A program made the position numbers and the translations under genes. The notes under the pieces are model-generated. The model ran no database searches, had not been told where the DNA came from, and worked only from the letters and a program-made list of their open reading frames with translations. This document shows, one piece after another, positions 30,186-38,327 of a stretch of DNA of 64,000 bases; within the stretch, counting starts at the first letter, position 1, and every line of letters starts with the position of its first letter. The DNA is taken from the NCBI GenBank assembly GCA_038213805.1, contig JBBQSO010000006.1, positions 43,040 to 107,039 on the forward strand, read 5' to 3'. The stretch comes from Planctomycetota bacterium (GTDB lineage: Bacteria > Planctomycetota > UBA11346).

Positions 30186-31913
30186 TCACTCTTTCCGCAG
30201 CGTGCGCATCCCCATCATGACCATCAGGCCTGCGAGCAGCGCGGTCGCTCCGCCCAGGCCACAGCCACCGCCGTTTGCGCTGGTGACCCCGGCCGGGGGT
30301 GGGCCGCTGGTCGTGCCGGTCGGTGCGGCGTTCACCGTGATGGTCACGCTGGATGAGGTGGCGACGCCGCTCGGACCGCTGGCCTGGGCGGTAAGGACAT
30401 AGGTGCCAGCGGATACCGGGGTCCAGGTATCGGAATACGGCGCGCTGGTCGCGGTGGCGATGGGGATGCCGTCGTGGCTGAAGGTCACCGCGGTGACCGC
30501 GCCCGCGCTGTCCGTGGCGGTCGCAGTGAGCGTGATGGTCGCGGGTGCGGTGAACGTCGTGCCCACGCCGGGAGTGGTCATGACGACCGCCACCGTGCCC
30601 ACCGTGCCGCCGCCGCCCGTGGTGCCGCCGCCGCCACCGCCCCCACCACCTCCGCCGACGACGACGCTGGAAGCGAACGCATACGCGCCCGCGTCCACGC
30701 CGCCCACATCGGCGCGCGCGCTCAGCGCGCCGACATCGTCATACATGAACGTCGGGGTGCCCGACTGGCTGGCGCCTGCGCCATCGAAGTAGGTCGCACC
30801 CGGGGTGCCGAGGCCGCGCGCGGTGGAGGACGAGAGCAGGTGCAGGTCGCTGAATGACGCGACGAAGCCAGGGTCCGCGCCCAGCAGCCCGGTGAAGCCG
30901 GACGGCACCGTCGCGCCGGTCGGCATCCAGTTGCCGGAACCGGTCACTGATCCGGTGGTGCCGTCGGCGATGCGGGCGCTGCCGACCATGATGTTGCCGC
31001 GCGCGACGATCGCCGACTCCGAGCGGCTGGCACTGAGGAAGATGTTGCTCGACGCGCCCGCGATGAAGGTGTTGTTGAACGCATAGAGCGTGCCCTGGTG
31101 GGCGTTGCCGCTCTCCCCCCCGAACAGCACGAAGCGTCCGCTGTTCCAGCCGGATCCGCGCACCTTGCTGATCACGACGTTGCCGATCATCACCGCGTTG
31201 CTGTTCGCCGCGGCGGTCTCGGGGCTGTCGACCATGCCGATCTCGCCATCCTGGGAATCGGCGATGCGGTTGTAGAGCAGGGAGACGAAGTGCGCGCGGG
31301 TCTTGACGTTCTGCCCGAACAGCGCGTCGTGGATGGAGCAGCCACGGAAGGTGACGCGTCCGCCGCCGACGTAGATGTTGTGGCTGAAGCCTGAGAACGA
31401 CGCGGTGCCGTTGTGGTCGATTTCGCAGCCGTCGACCAGCAGGCCGTCGTGGCCGTCAGCCATGATGCCCATGTCGTTGTCGTGCAGCCGGCAGTCGCGT
31501 ACCACGATGCCGTTGATGCCGGCTCCGGTCACGCGCACGCCCGCCCCGTCATTGCTATTGCGCGCATTGATGAACTCGAGGTGCTCGACCACTACGTTGC
31601 TGCCTTCGATCTGGAAGACCGCGCGCGGGTTGGGCATGGCGCCATCAACGGTGAAGCCGCTGGCGTCGATCACCGGACGGGTGGTGCCCAGGCCGCGGAT
31701 GGTGATCGGGCTGCCGACCGTGCCGGAGGCCGTCCAGCGCCGCACCTCGTTGTAGGTGCCGGGCCCGATCTCGACGACGTCCCCGGGCACCAGGGCGGGC
31801 AGTGCCGCGAGGGTGGCGAAGGGCTGGCCGGCGCCGACCTCGTACGTGGCCGTCTGGGCGAGCCCGACGCAGGCCAGCAGGGCGATGAGGGGGGTGCGGG
31901 CGCGCAGGGTCAT
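30186..31913 (-). CDS. Secreted right-handed beta-helix protein (putative polysaccharide lyase-like) with Ig domain and GGC-TM-basic C-terminal sorting tail
   Basis: Signal peptide; PGDVVEIGPGTY, GT..SPITIRG, beta-helix rungs, SHNIY, KTRAH, DPGF; poly-Gly linker; FTAPATITLTATATD Ig domain; GGGCGLGG-hydrophobic-RTLRKE. Confidence 0.82.
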   Translation of the reverse strand: MTLRARTPLIALLACVGLAQTATYEVGAGQPFATLAALPALVPGDVVEIGPGTYNEVRRWTASGTVGSPITIRGLGTTRPVIDASGFTVDGAMPNPRAVFQIEGSNVVVEHLEFINARNSNDGAGVRVTGAGINGIVVRDCRLHDNDMGIMADGHDGLLVDGCEIDHNGTASFSGFSHNIYVGGGRVTFRGCSIHDALFGQNVKTRAHFVSLLYNRIADSQDGEIGMVDSPETAAANSNAVMIGNVVISKVRGSGWNSGRFVLFGGESGNAHQGTLYAFNNTFIAGASSNIFLSASRSESAIVARGNIMVGSARIADGTTGSVTGSGNWMPTGATVPSGFTGLLGADPGFVASFSDLHLLSSSTARGLGTPGATYFDGAGASQSGTPTFMYDDVGALSARADVGGVDAGAYAFASSVVVGGGGGGGGGGGTTGGGGTVGTVAVVMTTPGVGTTFTAPATITLTATATDSAGAVTAVTFSHDGIPIATATSAPYSDTWTPVSAGTYVLTAQASGPSGVATSSSVTITVNAAPTGTTSGPPPAGVTSANGGGCGLGGATALLAGLMVMMGMRTLRKE

Positions 31914-31927
31914 GGCGATCTCCGCCC

Positions 31928-31956
31928 CATCTCTCCTACCCCCCACGCATCGTTAC
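31928..31956 (-). promoter_or_regulatory. Putative ECF promoter GTAACG-N14-GGAGAGATG for the beta-helix gene
   Basis: Plus strand CATCTCTCC (31928-31936), 14 nt, CGTTAC (31951-31956); same boxes and spacing as at 32016-32044. Confidence 0.72.
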
Positions 31957-32015
31957 CGGCGCCGTGGCGGATCCCGGTTGACCACGCCGGTCGTCCCGGG
32001 GTACTCATGGGGCAT

Positions 32016-32044
32016 GTAACGTTCCGGTGCGCCGGGGAGAGATG
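32016..32044 (+). promoter_or_regulatory. Putative autoregulatory ECF promoter GTAACG-N14-GGAGAGATG
   Basis: GTAACG 32016-32021, 14 nt, GGAGAGATG 32036-32044; an AAC-containing -35 is typical of ECF promoters. Confidence 0.72.
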
Positions 32045-32056
32045 CTGCAACCCGCC

Positions 32057-32575
32057 ATGCTCGACGCCGACCAGGAACGCTTTACCAGCCTGTGGACGCA
32101 GGCGCACCCATCCATCGCCGGCTACGTCGCCGCGCTGGTCCCGGAGCGCAGCGCGGCCGACGACGTCCTGCAGGAGACCGCCCTGACCCTGCTGCGCACC
32201 TTCGCGGAGTACGATCCTAGCCGGCCCTTCATCGCTTGGGCGATGGGGGTGGCGCGCATCGCCGTGCTCACCCGCCGCCGCGACCACGCGCGGGCCCGCT
32301 CGCGCTTCAGCGCCCCCGCCGCCGTGGCGCTCGCCGAAGCCTGGCAGGAGCTCCAGCCGGTGGCCGACGACCGCCGCCACGCCCTGGCGGAATGCCTGCG
32401 CGGGGTCGCCGGCCGCGGGCGCGAACTGCTCGCCCTGCGCTATGAGCAGGACCTTCCGCCCCAGGACATCGCTCCGCGCCTGGGCATGACGGCGGTGGCG
32501 GTGCGGGTCGCGCTCTGCCGCCTGCGGGCGGGGCTGCACGCCTGCATCGAAAAACGCCTGGGCGGCCAGGCATGA
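32057..32575 (+). CDS. ECF RNA polymerase sigma-70 family factor
   Basis: AADDVLQET...YDPSRPFIAWAMGVAR (region 2); LLALRYEQDL...IA..LG...AVRVAL.RLR (region 4). Confidence 0.92.
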   Translation: MLDADQERFTSLWTQAHPSIAGYVAALVPERSAADDVLQETALTLLRTFAEYDPSRPFIAWAMGVARIAVLTRRRDHARARSRFSAPAAVALAEAWQELQPVADDRRHALAECLRGVAGRGRELLALRYEQDLPPQDIAPRLGMTAVAVRVALCRLRAGLHACIEKRLGGQA

Positions 32576-34512
32576 GTCCGCCGCCGGACCCCGACAGCCT
32601 GATCAGCGCCCACCTCGACGGCGAACTCGACGATGCGGGCCACCGCGCGCTCGAGGCCTGGCTGCTCGCCGACCGCGCGCATCAGCGCCGCTTCCTCCTC
32701 GCGGTCATGGACCATCGCGCCATGGCGCGGTCGCTCGCCGCCCGACCGGCCCTGACCATGCGCACCGCGCGCCTGATGCGCCGTCGTCGTGGACTGCGCG
32801 TCGCCTCCTGGTCCGGTGCGGGCCTCGCCGCCGCGCTCATCATCGGACTCACCGTCCTGCTGTGGCCCACCGGCGCCGCGCCGGGACCGCACCTGCAGGT
32901 TGCGGGCGCCAGCGCTGCGCCAGGCCCGCGCCTGCAGATGACGGACACCCACGTTCCCGCCCAGCGCCTGGAAGCCGGTGCCGCGGTCACGGTCGCGCCC
33001 GGCAGCGGTGCCGTGCTGCTGTACGACGACGGTAGCCGCGTGGACCTGGATGCCGGCAGCGCGCTCTCCGTCACCGGTACACACCTGACCCTGCAGCACG
33101 GCCGCCTCGCCGCGAGCGTCGCGCACCAGGCTGCCGGCCAGCCCTTCATCATCACCACGCCCAACGCCACCGTGACTGTGCTGGGTACCATGCTGGACGT
33201 CGCCACCGACGGGGTCGAGAGCGTGGTCGCGGTCACCCGCGGCCGGGTGGCGGTCGAGCGTAGCGGCGACGCGGCGCGCCTTGAGGTCGGCGCCGGTGAG
33301 CGCAGCGTGGTGACGGTGGGCGGCCCGCTGGTGGCGCACGCTGCCGATGCCCCGGATGGCCGGCTCCTGCGCGTCGGCCCCGGTCAGCCATTCGCCACCC
33401 TCGCCGAGCTGCCAGCGCTCGCCCCCGGCGACGTGGTCGAACTCCAGCCCGGCACCCACCACGGCGCCTGGCGTCTGGCCGCGCTTGGCACTGCGCTGCG
33501 CCCGGTCACCATCCGCGGCGCCCCGGGCGCTCCGCCGCTCATCGCCGCCGAGGGCCTGGTCCTCAGCGGTGCCGGCACGGTGCCGCGCGCCGCGCTCCAG
33601 CTCGAGGGCGGCCACTGGCGCGTCCAGCACCTCGCCATCGCGGACGCGCACAACGGCGAGAACGCCGCCGGCATCCGCCTGGTCGAGGTGCGCGGCGCCA
33701 TGCTCAGCGACTGCCGCATCACGCGCTGCGACCAGGGCATCGACGCGGTCGGCGAGCGCGTCGCGATCGAGGACTGCGACGTCGGCGGCTGCGGCACCGC
33801 GGGCGCCCAGGGCCGCTGCCGGGCGCTCAGCGTCTTCGCCGATGAGGCGCTGGTGCGCGGCTGCCTGCTCCACGACCAGCTCTTCGGTCAGTCGCTGCGC
33901 AGCACCTGTGCGCGGTTGGAGCTGGTCGCCAACCGCATCATCGCCGCGGCCGACGGCGAGATCAGCATCGCTACCGGCGCGCAGCCGACCACTGCGATCC
34001 TGAGCGGCAACTTGATCGTCAGCAGCGCTGCGCGCCCCGACAACAGCATGCGTTTCATCCTGGTGGAAGGTGAGGGTGCGGGTGTCCTGCAGCTGATCGG
34101 CAACACCTGTGTGGCCGCCGACGCGCGCATCGTCTTTCTCATTCCGGGCCGCCTGGCGGTCGCCGCGGACGGCAACATCTTCACCGGCAGCGGACGCATC
34201 GCCGAGGCCGGCCGGGTCGAGGGCTACCGCAACTGGCTGCCGTCCGGCGCCACCGTGCCGGCGGGCTTCCGCGACTCACGCAGCGCCGCTGCGCCAGGCT
34301 TCCGTGATGAGGCGCAGGGCGATTACAGCCTGGCGCCGGATTCACCGTGCCGCAACACGGTCCGGGACATGTGGAGCCAGGATGTCGATGCCCCGCATGC
34401 GCCGGGCACCGTCGGTGGTCTGCTGCCCAAGCGCATGCCGGCCGCGCTCAACAAGGCGGGCAGCCGGGCGCGTACCGCACGCACGGATATGGGGGCATTC
34501 GAGGACGGGTGA
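32572..34512 (+). CDS. FecR-type anti-sigma factor fused to a beta-helix domain
   Basis: ATGA coupling; LISAHLDGEL anti-sigma N-terminus, TM helix, FecR motif DGSRV.L...L..G.L...V...PF.I.TP.A.VTVLGT; beta-helix from about 33361. Confidence 0.9.
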   Translation: MSPPPDPDSLISAHLDGELDDAGHRALEAWLLADRAHQRRFLLAVMDHRAMARSLAARPALTMRTARLMRRRRGLRVASWSGAGLAAALIIGLTVLLWPTGAAPGPHLQVAGASAAPGPRLQMTDTHVPAQRLEAGAAVTVAPGSGAVLLYDDGSRVDLDAGSALSVTGTHLTLQHGRLAASVAHQAAGQPFIITTPNATVTVLGTMLDVATDGVESVVAVTRGRVAVERSGDAARLEVGAGERSVVTVGGPLVAHAADAPDGRLLRVGPGQPFATLAELPALAPGDVVELQPGTHHGAWRLAALGTALRPVTIRGAPGAPPLIAAEGLVLSGAGTVPRAALQLEGGHWRVQHLAIADAHNGENAAGIRLVEVRGAMLSDCRITRCDQGIDAVGERVAIEDCDVGGCGTAGAQGRCRALSVFADEALVRGCLLHDQLFGQSLRSTCARLELVANRIIAAADGEISIATGAQPTTAILSGNLIVSSAARPDNSMRFILVEGEGAGVLQLIGNTCVAADARIVFLIPGRLAVAADGNIFTGSGRIAEAGRVEGYRNWLPSGATVPAGFRDSRSAAAPGFRDEAQGDYSLAPDSPCRNTVRDMWSQDVDAPHAPGTVGGLLPKRMPAALNKAGSRARTARTDMGAFEDG

Positions 34513-34513
34513 G

Positions 34514-35179
34514 TCAGCCCGCGAGATGCGCCGCGATACGCTCGCGGTCGTCCGCGCTGAGATGGCGCCGCCCATCGATATCGTTGGCCGCCAGGTGATC
34601 GGCCGCCTCGCTGATGGTGATGATCGGCGCCACCACCACGCCCAGGTCGCGGTGCAGCTCCTGGATCGCGGTCAGGTCACCTTGGCCGCGCTCCTGGCGG
34701 TCGACGGCGACCACCGCGCCCAGCACGCGCGCGCCGCTCGGCTGCAGCTTGGCCAACGACTCGCGCAGCGCGGTACCCGCAGTCAGGACGTCATCGACGA
34801 TCACCACCGGCGTGCCCGCGACCAGCGGCGCGCCGACGAACAGGCCGCCGTCGCCATGGGTCTTGGCCTCTTTGCGGTCGTAGGTCCAGCCCACCTCGCG
34901 CCGGACCAGCACTTCGTAGGCCTGGGCGGTGGCGAGAGCCAGGGGGATGCCCTTGTAGGCCGGCCCGAACACCACCTGCACCCCGTCGCCGAAGCGCGCC
35001 AGCACGGTCGCGGCATAGGCCGCGCCCAGGCGCGCCAGGTCGCCGCCCTGGTTGAAGCATCCGGTGTTGATGAAATAGGGGCTCTTGCGCCCCGACTTCA
35101 GGGTGAAGTCGCCAAACTTCAGGGCCTGGCGCCGGACCAGCAGCGCGACGAAGTCGCGCTGCGCAACCGACAGGGTCAT
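34514..35179 (-). CDS. pyrE: Orotate phosphoribosyltransferase
   Basis: [50 protein letters not shown]. Confidence 0.97.
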   Translation of the reverse strand: MTLSVAQRDFVALLVRRQALKFGDFTLKSGRKSPYFINTGCFNQGGDLARLGAAYAATVLARFGDGVQVVFGPAYKGIPLALATAQAYEVLVRREVGWTYDRKEAKTHGDGGLFVGAPLVAGTPVVIVDDVLTAGTALRESLAKLQPSGARVLGAVVAVDRQERGQGDLTAIQELHRDLGVVVAPIITISEAADHLAANDIDGRRHLSADDRERIAAHLAG

Positions 35180-35631
35180 CCCTCGACGATTTCGACGCTG
35201 AAGCGGTCGCCCTGCTTGACCGCGAGCACGACCTTGAGGTCGGCGGGGCCCGCGATGCGGCCGAACACGGTGTGCACGCCGTCGAGGTGCGGGGTGGCGG
35301 CGTGGGTCAGGAAGAACTGGCTGCCGCCGGTATCCTTGCCAGCGTGGGCCATGCTCAGCGTGCCGGGCGAGTGCTTCTCAGGATTGTTGGTGGTCTCGCA
35401 CTTGATGTTCCACCCCGGGCCGCCGGTGCCGGGTGCGCCGCGCGCGCCGGCTTTGGTGTTGGGGCAGCCGCCCTGAATGACGAAGCCCTGGATCACGCGG
35501 TGGAAGGCGAGCTGGTCGTAAAAGCCGGCCTTGGCCAGCTTGATGAAGTTTTCGACGGTCTTGGGCGCGACCTTCGAGAACAGCTCGACGGTGATGTCGC
35601 CGCGCGGGGTGTGGAAGAGGGCTTTGGTCAT
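35176..35631 (-). CDS. ppiB: Peptidyl-prolyl cis-trans isomerase, cyclophilin type
   Basis: [49 protein letters not shown]. Confidence 0.93.
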   Translation of the reverse strand: MTKALFHTPRGDITVELFSKVAPKTVENFIKLAKAGFYDQLAFHRVIQGFVIQGGCPNTKAGARGAPGTGGPGWNIKCETTNNPEKHSPGTLSMAHAGKDTGGSQFFLTHAATPHLDGVHTVFGRIAGPADLKVVLAVKQGDRFSVEIVEG

Positions 35632-35764
35632 GGCTGCTCGCAGGGGTGGGTGGGCGGCGATGGTCGAGTGGACTGCGGAGCGCGCAAGAGGCGGCCAGCC
35701 ACGGCGGCCCGGCCGGGCCCCGTGCGCGTTGACAGGGGGTCGCCAGGGATTCACATATCAGAAG

Positions 35765-35778
35765 CCTATCGAAATAGG
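35765..35778. promoter_or_regulatory. Palindrome CCTAT-CGAA-ATAGG, candidate Rrf2 autoregulatory operator
   Basis: AT-rich inverted repeat downstream of TTGACA (35729-35734) and upstream of the Rrf2 gene. Confidence 0.4.
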
Positions 35779-35847
35779 GGATTTGCCGCAGGGTCGGGGT
35801 GCCGACTGTGGGTGGATCGGGCCGCTCGGCGTCCAGAACCAGGGGCC

Positions 35848-36270
35848 ATGCTCACCAACCGCGCCAAGTATGCGATCAAGGCCCTGCTCCACCTCGCCCG
35901 CCACCGTGGCGAGGGGCCGGTGCAGGCCGGCATGATCGCCAAGGCGGAGCAGATCCCGCCCAAGTTCCTGGAGCTGATCCTGCTCCAGCTGCGCAACCAC
36001 GGCATCATCCGCAGCAAGGTCGGCAAGGGCGGCGGCCACGAGATGGCGCGCGAGCCCGCCGACATCAATTTGCTGACCGTGGTGCGCGCCATCGACGGCC
36101 CGGTCGCGCCACTGCCCTGCCTGAGCGTCACCGCCTACGCGCGCTGCGACGATTGCGAAGACGAGAAGAACTGCGGCGCGCGGCACCTATTCCGCGGCGT
36201 GCACGATGCCGCCCTCGAGGTCATGTCGCGGACCACGCTCGCCGACGCAGTCACGGTCAAGGGTCGCTGA
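35848..36270 (+). CDS. Rrf2 family transcriptional regulator with Cys cluster
   Basis: MLTNRAKYAIKAL, IPPKFLELILLQL...GII.S..GKGGG, IDGPVAPLPC...C..C....C. Confidence 0.93.
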   Translation: MLTNRAKYAIKALLHLARHRGEGPVQAGMIAKAEQIPPKFLELILLQLRNHGIIRSKVGKGGGHEMAREPADINLLTVVRAIDGPVAPLPCLSVTAYARCDDCEDEKNCGARHLFRGVHDAALEVMSRTTLADAVTVKGR

Positions 36271-36300
36271 GTCTGTCCGGGCGGCGCGCGTCACGCGCCA

Positions 36301-36732
36301 TCAGGCCTTCCGCTTCGGCAACCCGGCGCTCATGGTGCCGCTGAAGTTCACCGCTTCGGCGGGCTTGTCCTTCGGGCGGCGCGTGATCGAGCCGTGGATC
36401 GCCTTGCCGTCGACCGAGCCCTCGATCACGATCGCGATGCCGTCGCTGGTCGTGCCGGTGCCTTCGAAGGTGGTCTCGGGGCTCTTCTTCTTGCGCTTGA
36501 CCGTATAGGTGACCTTGGCGTCGCCGAGCAGCTTGCCGCTGGCGGTGGTGGCGTCGAAGGTGATCACCGTCGCGGGGTCCTTCTTGTGCTCGTCGCCGAC
36601 CGCACGCACGGTGAAGCCGCAACCCGTGAGGTCCTGGGCGGGTTCCGGTTTGGCGTCCGCGGCAACCGCGCAGGCGTTCGTCACGATCAGCAGCAGGCAG
36701 GCGAGGAAGGAGGTCACGGCGGTGTTCAGCAT
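36301..36732 (-). CDS. Hypothetical exported protein
   Basis: Signal peptide-like N-terminus, GC3-biased codons, beta-rich sequence. Confidence 0.65.
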   Translation of the reverse strand: MLNTAVTSFLACLLLIVTNACAVAADAKPEPAQDLTGCGFTVRAVGDEHKKDPATVITFDATTASGKLLGDAKVTYTVKRKKKSPETTFEGTGTTSDGIAIVIEGSVDGKAIHGSITRRPKDKPAEAVNFSGTMSAGLPKRKA

Positions 36733-36906
36733 CGATATGCTTCTTCAGGTGGTTCGAGGTGGGGAGATGCGGATGCGCGTGCCGGCATGACCGGGTCCGC
36801 TGCCAAGGCGATAGCGTTTTTCACGCTGCTGTAAAGCGCTGGCCGGTGACTCTGGTACATCGAAAACCGGAATTCCCCCTGAGTTGCGGGCATCTTCCAC
36901 GGTTGA

Positions 36907-36996
36907 TGCGGAGTCGACAGTGCAGGGTGCCGCAGACTCGCGGCTCCGACACATGCCCTTATCCCCCGGTCACTCCGCACTCCGCACTCCGCACTC
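36907..36996. repeat. Inverted tandem-heptamer element (TGCGGAG / CACTCCG)
   Basis: (CACTCCG)x3.7 at 36971-36996; degenerate complementary arm at 36907-36934. Confidence 0.65.
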
Positions 36997-37073
36997 ATCT
37001 CGTCACGCGGTCCCGAGGTCACCATACAGTGCCCCGTCCGCCTCGCTCGCCAGGCGGGCATCGCGTCCCTGGT

Positions 37074-38216
37074 CTACCGTTTCGCCCGATGGAATTTCTC
37101 ATGCGTCTCGCGCAGCAGCGCCGCGACGTCCACGCCCTCGGGCCAGCGGCGGCGCTCGAGCTTCGCCAGCGCCTCTTCGGTCGCATAGCCACCTGGGAAC
37201 CAGTGGCCCTTGGCCTCGAGCATGTTGTAGCGGTAGAAGCCGAAGGTCTCCATGTCGTAGCACTTCCACAGCCGGCGGAAGCGCAGCACCTCGGGGATGT
37301 TGATGCCCGAGGGATCGGGCATCAGCTCCCAACCTTCGTACGCGCTCTGGGGATCGACGCCGGCGCGCGCGTCGAGGGCCAGCTGGATGGCCAGGTCGCG
37401 CGCGCTGAGCGGGATCTGCACCGGGAAGGTGCCAAGCATCTCCGCGACATGCGCGGGCGCGGTCAGCCCAAACGACAAGGTGTGCACGTGCGGGGTGCGC
37501 AGGCAGAAGCGCGCGTTGAACTGGATCGGCGTCAGGGGCGCGCACAGCCGCGTCAGCAGCTCCGGCGGCGTGAACAGCTGACCGCCCTTGTCGTTGGGCG
37601 AGATGATGAACACGCCCATGTCGCGTGCGGCGGCCAGGGCGATCGCCGCCCAGTTGCGCTGGAAGAAGTAGTAATAGTGCAGGTTCACGAAGCTGAACAG
37701 CCCGGTCTCGATCGCCGCGCAGATCACCTCCAGCGGCGCATGCGTGCTGAAGCCGACCGCGCCGATCACGCCCTCGTCGCGCAGCTTCAGCAATTCCTCG
37801 ACCGGGCCGCCCGCTGCGCACGCGCTGCGCATCAGCTCGGCATTGTTGAGTCCGTGCCAGGCGTAGAAGTCGATGTGGTCGGTCTTGAGCGTGCGCAGCT
37901 GCTCCGCGACCAGCCGCCGCGCCGCCTCCGCGGTCGCCGGCGCGCCCTTGGTCATCAGGTGGTAGCGGCTGCGCGGGATGCCCAGGTCATCGTTCAGCAC
38001 CAGCCCATAGCAGGTCTCGCTCTTGATGTAGCCGTGCGCGGTCTCGATGTGGTTGACGCCCGCATCCAGCGCCTGGCGCACCATCGTCGCACATTCCTCG
38101 CGGGTGTCCGCCGGCACCTGCTCGCGTGGTGCGTCCCAGCCGTGCGCGAAGCGCATGCCGCCGAGCGTGATGACGCTGAGCATCTGGCCGGTCTGGCCGA
38201 AGCGGCGGTATTGCAT
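37074..38216 (-). CDS. Aldo/keto reductase family oxidoreductase
   Basis: MQYRRFGQTG..LS.ITLGGMR, GVNHIETAHGY..SE, DHIDFY.WHG, G.IGAVGFSTH. Alternative start 38258. Confidence 0.9.
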   Translation of the reverse strand: MQYRRFGQTGQMLSVITLGGMRFAHGWDAPREQVPADTREECATMVRQALDAGVNHIETAHGYIKSETCYGLVLNDDLGIPRSRYHLMTKGAPATAEAARRLVAEQLRTLKTDHIDFYAWHGLNNAELMRSACAAGGPVEELLKLRDEGVIGAVGFSTHAPLEVICAAIETGLFSFVNLHYYYFFQRNWAAIALAAARDMGVFIISPNDKGGQLFTPPELLTRLCAPLTPIQFNARFCLRTPHVHTLSFGLTAPAHVAEMLGTFPVQIPLSARDLAIQLALDARAGVDPQSAYEGWELMPDPSGINIPEVLRFRRLWKCYDMETFGFYRYNMLEAKGHWFPGGYATEEALAKLERRRWPEGVDVAALLRETHEKFHRAKR

Positions 38217-38327
38217 CGGCGCGCGCTGGTTGCGGATAGGAGGCGTGGGGGTGGTCATAGGGGTTGCCGGTAGGCGCAAGTTGCGAGATGCCAGAAAGAC
38301 CGGGGCATGCGCATGCGCATGTCCGGA

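Noticed and set aside
36733..36906. Riboswitch or ncRNA in the long leader of the 36301-36732 gene
   Set aside because: No recognisable conserved riboswitch core; an Rfam scan would be needed.
38300..38326. Palindromic CCGGGGCATGCGCATGCGCATGTCCGG after xseA
   Set aside because: Probably a simple terminator-like hairpin; too short to assign to the repeat element family.
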